The position numbers and the translations under genes were made by a program. Under the pieces are notes generated by a model that saw only the letters and a program-made list of their open reading frames with translations, did no database searches and had not been told where the DNA came from. Source: Candidatus Cryptobacteroides sp. (GTDB lineage: Bacteria > Bacteroidota > Bacteroidia > Bacteroidales > UBA932). Taken from it: a stretch of 64,000 nt of DNA. Location of the stretch: contig JAZLKT010000057.1 in NCBI GenBank assembly GCA_045597785.1, positions 775 through 64,774 on the forward strand, in the 5' to 3' direction. This document shows, in pieces, positions 57,404-64,000 of this stretch (the stretch's first letter is position 1; the number at the start of each line of letters is the position of its first letter).

Positions 57404-58747
57404 TTATTTGTTAGGTACAACACGGATATTGTCGACTTTGATGACGGGCTTGCAAGGCGATCCCTCTGATGTTGAGCCGGCGGCAAAGAAGAGTTCAAGG
57501 TTTGCGAACGACTCCTTGGTAAGGGTTCCGATTGCAGAAGATCCGTCCCAGAACATATTGAATGAAGAAATGGGGATGGTGACTGTCTGCCACTTTCCGC
57601 CCGTATCGTAGCTTCCGGTAGCGGCCCAGGGCCTCCACAGATAACGGGGAAGCGAGATATCCGCATTGTTCATATACGTGTTATTGCATCCGGCAAGTGT
57701 GTTTCCATAGATGTCAAGCACACCTGCATTGCCATTGGAAACCAATGTCACATCGGAGAAAATAACCTGCAGAGGACATCCGGTCCAAGCATTGTCGGCA
57801 GGGATATTGACCTCGAACTTCAGAGACATATTGCTGAAGTCTTCGAAATCGATAATGTCGCAAAGACGTCTTCCGTCCCAGGTGCCGTAAGTCTCGGGAT
57901 CCTGCCAGTTGCCGGCCCAGTACTCGAAGTGACAAGGAGCATCAACCCAGTCGGAACCGTCTGCCTTGAGTTCGACACTTCCGTCGCTGAGCAGCAGGCA
58001 CTGACCTGAAACTCCGCCTTCGGCAAGAGCGACGGCATGCCAGCCCTTGTTGATTGTGTAAAGTCCGTTGGTGCCGTCAAAGTCGAAGAGAAGACCTCTG
58101 CTGTCGCGGAATACGAATCCCGACTGGCCCAGGCCCGAAGGAGTCTGAACTTTGACCTTTCCTTCCTGTGCTCCCGCAGGAACAATGACCTTGATTTCAG
58201 AGAGGCTCACAATAGTAATGTCCTCGTGAGGAACTTCGGCTCCGGCGAATAGAACAGAGATAGGTGTGTCGGCATCTTCGTAGAAATAGTTGCCGTAGAT
58301 TGCAACCTCTTCACCGTCTCCGGCGAATTCGAACGAGAGTTCATTTACCCTCGGGGCGGGAGGAAGGACTTTGAACGGATGCTCAACGGTCTCTCCGGCC
58401 TTGTTGATAAGGTAAATCTTGTCTGTCTTCTCAACAGCCATTGTCTTGGGGACGCTGACGATGAGGGTGTTTGCAGTTATGAAGCTGGTGTTGAGCACCG
58501 CCTCCTGGTCGTTGAAGAACAGCCTGTTCACGCTGGTCAGGTTTTCTCCAAGAATGCAGAGCACGTCCTCCATAAACGCCTGCTCCGTCTGAATTCCGGT
58601 CTCGGCATACCTTACTCCGTATACGGTGGGTTTGCCGTCGGTAGGACGGAAGCGGTCCGGATAGTCAGTCTTTTCACAGGAGGTGAATCCTGCCACAAGC
58701 GCTGCGGCCGCAAGCAATCCTTTCAGTATGATGTTTATTGTTTTCAT
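57404..58747 (-). CDS. Surface glycan-binding protein (SGBP-B type)
   Basis: FTSC lipobox, IPT domains, LKFEVNI...W, GKWQTVTIP, DNIRVVP; directly after SusD. Confidence 0.82.
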   Translation of the reverse strand: MKTINIILKGLLAAAALVAGFTSCEKTDYPDRFRPTDGKPTVYGVRYAETGIQTEQAFMEDVLCILGENLTSVNRLFFNDQEAVLNTSFITANTLIVSVPKTMAVEKTDKIYLINKAGETVEHPFKVLPPAPRVNELSFEFAGDGEEVAIYGNYFYEDADTPISVLFAGAEVPHEDITIVSLSEIKVIVPAGAQEGKVKVQTPSGLGQSGFVFRDSRGLLFDFDGTNGLYTINKGWHAVALAEGGVSGQCLLLSDGSVELKADGSDWVDAPCHFEYWAGNWQDPETYGTWDGRRLCDIIDFEDFSNMSLKFEVNIPADNAWTGCPLQVIFSDVTLVSNGNAGVLDIYGNTLAGCNNTYMNNADISLPRYLWRPWAATGSYDTGGKWQTVTIPISSFNMFWDGSSAIGTLTKESFANLELFFAAGSTSEGSPCKPVIKVDNIRVVPNK

Positions 58748-58759
58748 ATTACCTGCGAA

Positions 58760-60580
58760 TTAAAAGTTATAAGAGTATGTTGAGCGTACGTCAATGTCGA
58801 CAGCCTCAACCGAAGATGCCATATTGCCGTTGAACACAACGTCCTCTGTCGGGAATGGCAGGGTGAAGGAAGCGGCAGTGACATTAGGTTCGTCGTTATC
58901 GCCCTTTACGCCGTTGGTGCCGTACCAAACCTGATTCTTCGCACCGTCAATCCATCCGGACACGCCGGTGCCGTCGTCTGTGGGCTCGGTAAGGAAATCG
59001 ATATCCCAAACACCCTCTGTAACATATTTCTTGTAGACTTCGCCGAGGCTGCCGCTCCAGAGGCTTCTCTTCTGTGCCTTCAGTTCGGCAAGAACATCAT
59101 CCAGCTGCCAGTACGAGCGGCGTACGAAATCGTACCAGTAGTCGCCCTCACAGGCCAGTTCCAGACGACGTTCCTTCCATATATCCTGAAGCGTTACGCT
59201 CGCAAGAGCATCGGCGCCGGCGCGTACGCGAACCTTGTTGACATACTCAAGGGCCGCAGCATTGTCAGTCGAGCAGACGGCCTCCGCATAGATGAGGTAT
59301 ACGTCGGAAAGCCTGAGAATATGTGTAGGAAGGGTATAAGCCATTGTTGCGGGTGAATGCCCGACGGCACTCTCGTGATCGGCATTGTCTCCGTAGAGAT
59401 GTTTCACGTTCATAGTGCCGGTCAATATCTGAAGTTGTCCTGCACCGAGTTTGGCGCCGTCGTTCAGGCCGTACTCGGGGTCGTACATAAAGCGGCCGAA
59501 GTCGAATCCTCCGCGGTCTGTCCAGAAATACGGATATACATCTCCGGGAAGCATAAGCGTAGCAGCGCGACGGCTGTCCTTCTCGGCTGCCCTGCGGGTG
59601 GCGGGATCGTCAGTTGCGCTTGCGCCGAATGCGAGGGCAAGGTCAACCGAAGGCTGCTGCCAGTCGCCCCAGCCGCTGTCGTCGCCGAAGCCGTTGTAAG
59701 CAAGGTCGTTCTGGAGGCTGTTCTGCCTGGTCCACTGCGAACCTTCTGCGGTCCAGAGCCAGCTGATAAGGCACTCGCCTGTGGCGTTGTAAACCTTGGG
59801 GCTGAGCCTGAATACATCTGAATACACAGGTGTAAGGCTGCGGCCGGAGTTGTCGATAACGTCCTTGGCATATTCTGCTGCCTTTGCCAGGTCTTCTGCA
59901 TTCAACGAACCGCCCAAGCCGGCCTTCGTGAGGTAAACCTTTGCCAGGAGAGCCTCGGCGGCATAGTAGTCAATACGGTTGTATTCGCCAAGATGCGCAT
60001 TTTTGGGAAGGAGTGTCAGCGCCTTCTCAAGAGTCAATATGATATATTCATATACGTTCGCGCGCGTGGCTTTCTTTACGTTGTTATACTCTCCGGTTCC
60101 GAGCAGTTCGGTATTATTGTGAACGATGGGCACCTCGCCGAAGCTGCGGACCATAAAGAAGTATGCCAAAGCTTTGAGAGTAAGAGCCTCTCCGATAGCG
60201 CTGTTCTTGGCGGCCTGTGACGGACCTTCCGAACCGAGGATGTTGTCTATCACTGTGTTGGCGTGTCCGTTGACGGCCCACAGCGAATAGGACATGTTGA
60301 CAAGGTCCTGGTCGGTACCGTTGGTAGTGAAATCAAGATAGGGGCTGCCGCTCCAGGTGATGTTGCCCGACATGACTTCTCCCACCTTGATGAATCCTCT
60401 CTGGAAATCGTACCAGGGAGAATTGTACAGATAGTTCACGCCCTGCTCAACCTGAGAATCGTTCTTGTAGAAGTTGCTCACGTTGTAGTTGTCAATCGTA
60501 GGGCGGTTGAGGAAATCCGAGCAGGACGACAGAGCCAGGGCCGCTGTTCCTGCGAGTATAAATCTGATTATAGTTTTCAT
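58760..60580 (-). CDS. SusD/RagB family nutrient-binding lipoprotein
   Basis: SSCSDFL, EALTLKALAYF, LRLSDVYLIYAEA, ERRLELACEG, LPFP. Confidence 0.95.
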   Translation of the reverse strand: MKTIIRFILAGTAALALSSCSDFLNRPTIDNYNVSNFYKNDSQVEQGVNYLYNSPWYDFQRGFIKVGEVMSGNITWSGSPYLDFTTNGTDQDLVNMSYSLWAVNGHANTVIDNILGSEGPSQAAKNSAIGEALTLKALAYFFMVRSFGEVPIVHNNTELLGTGEYNNVKKATRANVYEYIILTLEKALTLLPKNAHLGEYNRIDYYAAEALLAKVYLTKAGLGGSLNAEDLAKAAEYAKDVIDNSGRSLTPVYSDVFRLSPKVYNATGECLISWLWTAEGSQWTRQNSLQNDLAYNGFGDDSGWGDWQQPSVDLALAFGASATDDPATRRAAEKDSRRAATLMLPGDVYPYFWTDRGGFDFGRFMYDPEYGLNDGAKLGAGQLQILTGTMNVKHLYGDNADHESAVGHSPATMAYTLPTHILRLSDVYLIYAEAVCSTDNAAALEYVNKVRVRAGADALASVTLQDIWKERRLELACEGDYWYDFVRRSYWQLDDVLAELKAQKRSLWSGSLGEVYKKYVTEGVWDIDFLTEPTDDGTGVSGWIDGAKNQVWYGTNGVKGDNDEPNVTAASFTLPFPTEDVVFNGNMASSVEAVDIDVRSTYSYNF

Positions 60581-60593
60581 ATTTCCTTCTGTG

Positions 60594-63500
60594 CTAGAAT
60601 GTGATATTCAAACTGCAGGAATAGGTGGTAGGCGAAGGATAGCGTCCGTTATCCACACCATAGGTAAGACCTGTTGCATCCTGGGTACTTGCACCGACTT
60701 CGGGATCGAATCCGGAGTACTTGGTGAAGGTATAGAGATTCTGGATATTGATTGCCACGCGGACATTCTCCAGCTTTGCCCTGCTGACAATGTTCTTGGG
60801 CAGGTTGTATCCGATAGCGATGTTCTTGATTCGGATATAGGAACCGTCCTCAACATAGCGTGAACTGATGCGGTCGTTGTCGTTGGGGTCGTTCAGGGTA
60901 GGACGAGGTGTCTTGGTGCCCTTGTTGGCGACGGTGACATTGGTGATATCGTCATACCAGTTGTTGACGGTCTTTCCGTTTACGACTGCGGGATAGGACT
61001 TGTCGGGATCGATGGGAACGAGTTGGGCCCTGTCAGCGATGCTGTTGTGCTGGTTAACCCAGGCGCTGTTCATGTGAACGAGACCGTTGTAACCCTGGCC
61101 GAGAAGGTTGTAGTTGAAAACCTTGTTGCCGTAGGAGCCGTTGAGGAAGATGTTCAGATCCCAGTTCTTATAGGTGAAGGTGTTGCTCCAGCCGAAGGTG
61201 AATACCGGAAGAGGTGAGCCGATGTTGGTGCGGTCGTTCTCATCAATCTTGCCATCTCCGTCGACATCCTTGAACTTGATATCTCCGACCCACACCGTGG
61301 TGCCGCGGTTGAACACGCCGTCAGCGGGGTATTTTGCGGGCTTCGGAGAATTCTCGATATCCTCCAGACTTGTATATACGCCTTCAACTTCATAGCCGTA
61401 GAAGCCGTACAGGGCCTCTCCGATATGGGTTGTGCTTACGACGTCGGACCACTGTCCGTAACCTACGAGGGAGGCGTTCTCGGTTCCGTCAAGAGCAAGA
61501 AGTTTGTTGCGGTTGAACGAAATCTGGAAGTTGCTGCCCCAGCTGAAATCGGACGTTTCGATGGGGTGGCCGTCAATCGTAATCTCGAGACCCTTGTTGT
61601 TGATGGTACCGTAGTTGCCCTTAGGTGCTGCAAGAGCCGAAGAAGTATTGCCCTGAGTACCCATATAAGAAGGCAGCTGCATGCTCATAAGCATATCCGA
61701 AGATGTCTTGTCGTAGGCGTCTACGGTAAGGTTGAGCCTGCCGTCGAAGAAGCCCAGGTCGAGACCTACGTTCCACTGCTCCTGCTTCTCCCAACGCACT
61801 GCGGTATTGGGGATGTTGGCCGGGCGGTAACCTGCGCCGAGGGCGGAAGGCATCTGGCTGATGGCGGCGCCCCAGGCATAGCCTCCGATATTGGAGTTAC
61901 CTGTCTGTCCCCAGCCCACGCGGAGTTTTCCGTTCGAAAGCCAGGAAGCGTCCTTCAGGAACTCTTCGTTGCAGAACTTCCAGCTTGCGGCAAATGAATG
62001 GAAACCCGCCCAGCGGTTATCGGGGCCGAAGTTGGACGAACCGTCATAACGGTAGGTGTAGGTTGCAAGATAGCGGTCGTTGTAGTTGTATGTCCACCTT
62101 GTGAATACGGACGCCATTGCGGCCGAGCCGAATCCGTGGTTGACCTTGTGCGAAGATGCGGTTCCGAGCGATACATTGTGCACGTCGTCTGAAGGAAGAC
62201 CCGTGCTGGCGCCGCTGAGATAATTCCAATTGGACTCCCACATTTCCTGACCGACCATTCCGGTCATGCTGTGCTTGCCCCAGGTGTTGGAATAAGTAAG
62301 GTAATTCTTGAACTGCCAGAATGTGTTTCCGTTCTTCTGATAGCTCATCGAGTTGGAAGGGCGCTGCCATCCGCCGAGGTTTACCCTCGGTTTGTAGCGT
62401 TCCGCGTCGGAATTGCTGATATCGAAGCCGAGCTCGGTCCTGAATACGAAATGCTTCACGGGAGTGAGTTCGGCATAGATGTTTCCGTTGAGTTTCTGAC
62501 GCTTGAGGTTGATGTCGTCAATCATTGCCAGGGCAATGGGGTTGGGGTTCGAATAACCCTCGCGTACGGTAGCGGAATAATTGCCGTTGACATCATATAC
62601 AGGGATGTCGGGCAGAGTGGTCAGGGAGTAGAAGATGATACCTTCGCCACCATCTGCAAGTTTGAGATCATCCTCGGTATTTGCGAATGTGGCGTTGAGC
62701 CCGAGCTTGAGCCAATCCTTGAGCTGGGCGTCGAGGTTGGTACGAACGCTGAAACGGTTGAATTCAGACCCGATAACGGTTCCTTCCTGATTCATATATG
62801 AACCGGAAATGTAATACTGAACCTTTTCGGAGCCGCCCTGAGCGCTTATCTGGTGCTGGTGCTGGATGGCGGTGCGGAACACCTCGTCCTGCCAGTTGGT
62901 TCCCTTGCCCAGAAGCGAAGGATCGGAATATTCGGGTTTAACGTCATACACCTCACCGATCTCGAGGAGACTGTTGTAGAACTGGGCATACTCGCGCAGG
63001 TTCATCATGTCCAGACGCTTTGTCTGCTGGCTTACGGCAAACAGTCCCTCGTACGTGAACTTGGCGTCGCCGGCCTTACCGTGTTTGGTGGTGATGAGGA
63101 CAACGCCGTTGGCACCCTGTGCTCCATAGATTGCCGTAGCGGAGGCATCCTTGAGGATTTCCATGCTTACGATATCGGAGGGGTTGATGGTCGAAAGAGG
63201 CGAGATGGTGGAAACCTTACCGTTTCCGAGCGCGTCGCCCAGACCGAAGTCCGAACCGCTGTTGCCGCCACCCTGAACGATGACGCCGTCAATTACGTAA
63301 AGAGGCTCCGCGTTGGCGTTGATGGTTGCCTGGCCGCGGACGCGGATTGATGATGAAGAACCCGGGGCGCCGGATGTCTGCACGGAAGTGACACCGGCAG
63401 CGCGGCCCTGGAATGCCTGGTCCAGCGAAGTGATGAGCGAACCCTTGAGGTCCTCTTCCTTCATCGAAACGGAAGATCCCGACAGGTCGCTGCGCTTCAT

Positions 63501-63833
63501 GGTACCATAACCGACCACCACCACTTCGCTCAGCAGCAGCGAGTCTTCGGCCAGGGTAACATCGTAGACGTTCTGGCCGTCGCGGACGGTTACAGTGACA
63601 TCGTTGAATCCGATGCAGGATACGGTAAGCGTTTTTCCGTTGGCAACGGAAATCGTGTACTTACCGTCAAGATCGGTAACAACACCGTTTGTGGTTCCTG
63701 TCTCGATTACGGAGCAACCGACAACCGGCTCTCCTTTTTCATCCACCACAGTACCGCTTATCGCCCTGTTCTGAGCGAAAAGCGAGAGGCATGCGGTGAG
63801 CAGGACCACGCAAGAAATAAGTTTTCTTTTCAT
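60594..63833 (-). CDS. SusC/RagA family TonB-dependent transporter
   Basis: VVVVGYG, PLYVIDG, EILKDASATAIYGAQGANGVVLITTK, YP...LNITF C-terminus. Confidence 0.97.
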   Translation of the reverse strand: MKRKLISCVVLLTACLSLFAQNRAISGTVVDEKGEPVVGCSVIETGTTNGVVTDLDGKYTISVANGKTLTVSCIGFNDVTVTVRDGQNVYDVTLAEDSLLLSEVVVVGYGTMKRSDLSGSSVSMKEEDLKGSLITSLDQAFQGRAAGVTSVQTSGAPGSSSSIRVRGQATINANAEPLYVIDGVIVQGGGNSGSDFGLGDALGNGKVSTISPLSTINPSDIVSMEILKDASATAIYGAQGANGVVLITTKHGKAGDAKFTYEGLFAVSQQTKRLDMMNLREYAQFYNSLLEIGEVYDVKPEYSDPSLLGKGTNWQDEVFRTAIQHQHQISAQGGSEKVQYYISGSYMNQEGTVIGSEFNRFSVRTNLDAQLKDWLKLGLNATFANTEDDLKLADGGEGIIFYSLTTLPDIPVYDVNGNYSATVREGYSNPNPIALAMIDDINLKRQKLNGNIYAELTPVKHFVFRTELGFDISNSDAERYKPRVNLGGWQRPSNSMSYQKNGNTFWQFKNYLTYSNTWGKHSMTGMVGQEMWESNWNYLSGASTGLPSDDVHNVSLGTASSHKVNHGFGSAAMASVFTRWTYNYNDRYLATYTYRYDGSSNFGPDNRWAGFHSFAASWKFCNEEFLKDASWLSNGKLRVGWGQTGNSNIGGYAWGAAISQMPSALGAGYRPANIPNTAVRWEKQEQWNVGLDLGFFDGRLNLTVDAYDKTSSDMLMSMQLPSYMGTQGNTSSALAAPKGNYGTINNKGLEITIDGHPIETSDFSWGSNFQISFNRNKLLALDGTENASLVGYGQWSDVVSTTHIGEALYGFYGYEVEGVYTSLEDIENSPKPAKYPADGVFNRGTTVWVGDIKFKDVDGDGKIDENDRTNIGSPLPVFTFGWSNTFTYKNWDLNIFLNGSYGNKVFNYNLLGQGYNGLVHMNSAWVNQHNSIADRAQLVPIDPDKSYPAVVNGKTVNNWYDDITNVTVANKGTKTPRPTLNDPNDNDRISSRYVEDGSYIRIKNIAIGYNLPKNIVSRAKLENVRVAINIQNLYTFTKYSGFDPEVGASTQDATGLTYGVDNGRYPSPTTYSCSLNITF

Positions 63834-63858
63834 GTTACTGATTTTTGATTAATATGAA

Positions 63859-64000
63859 TTAGTGTTTTACGAATGTTTCGAACCATTCAGCCCTCTTTAT
63901 GCGCCATTCCTCCTCTTTCCACATTGCGTGGCCGCAGGAAGGAACGCACAGATATTGTTTCGGGGCGGATATCATATTGTATCCGGCGAAATTCGTGTGA
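63859..64000 (-). CDS. C-terminal fragment of a CE7-like acetyl esterase (5' part outside window)
   Basis: Hand translation HTNFAGYNMISAPKQYLCVPSCGHAMWKEEEWRIKRAEWFETFVKH* fits the CE7/AXE1 C-terminal (PP)xTxFAxYN...K...GH pattern; stop 25 nt before susC. Confidence 0.65.
   Translation of the reverse strand, partial: HTNFAGYNMISAPKQYLCVPSCGHAMWKEEEWRIKRAEWFETFVKH

Overview
Chromosomal segment of a GC-rich gut or rumen Bacteroidales bacterium (inferred from TAnnTTTG promoters, SusC/SusD and type V pilins). Left to right: (1) a partial Ntn-hydrolase lipoprotein, sdhB/frdB, sdhA/frdA (no sdhC) and ruvB on the minus strand; (2) an AT-rich intergenic region with one perfect and several degenerate DnaA boxes, a candidate oriC away from dnaA; (3) a mostly plus-strand housekeeping run (mfd, coaX, OMP, TPR, lptC, ppiD-like, ychF, galK, galM, folA, SNF transporter, mutS); (4) a 14.7-kb minus-strand locus of eight type V pilus-like lipoproteins in two 4-gene modules, whose large adhesins have low-GC C-terminal segments; (5) a rod-shaped 6S/Bacteroidales-1-like RNA candidate, an OB-fold-TonB_C fusion, a REP-like repeat mosaic and a Gly/Glu-repeat lipoprotein; (6) an HGSNAT/NagX-like acetyltransferase, oxidoreductase and GH20-like trio; (7) hicAB, with hicA missed by the ORF track; (8) a (gluco)mannan PUL (partial CE7, SusC, SusD, two SGBPs, GH26, GH5, GH130, GH94). 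No rRNA, tRNA, CRISPR, transposase, integrase or reverse transcriptase was seen. All family calls come from motif recognition by eye, not database searches.
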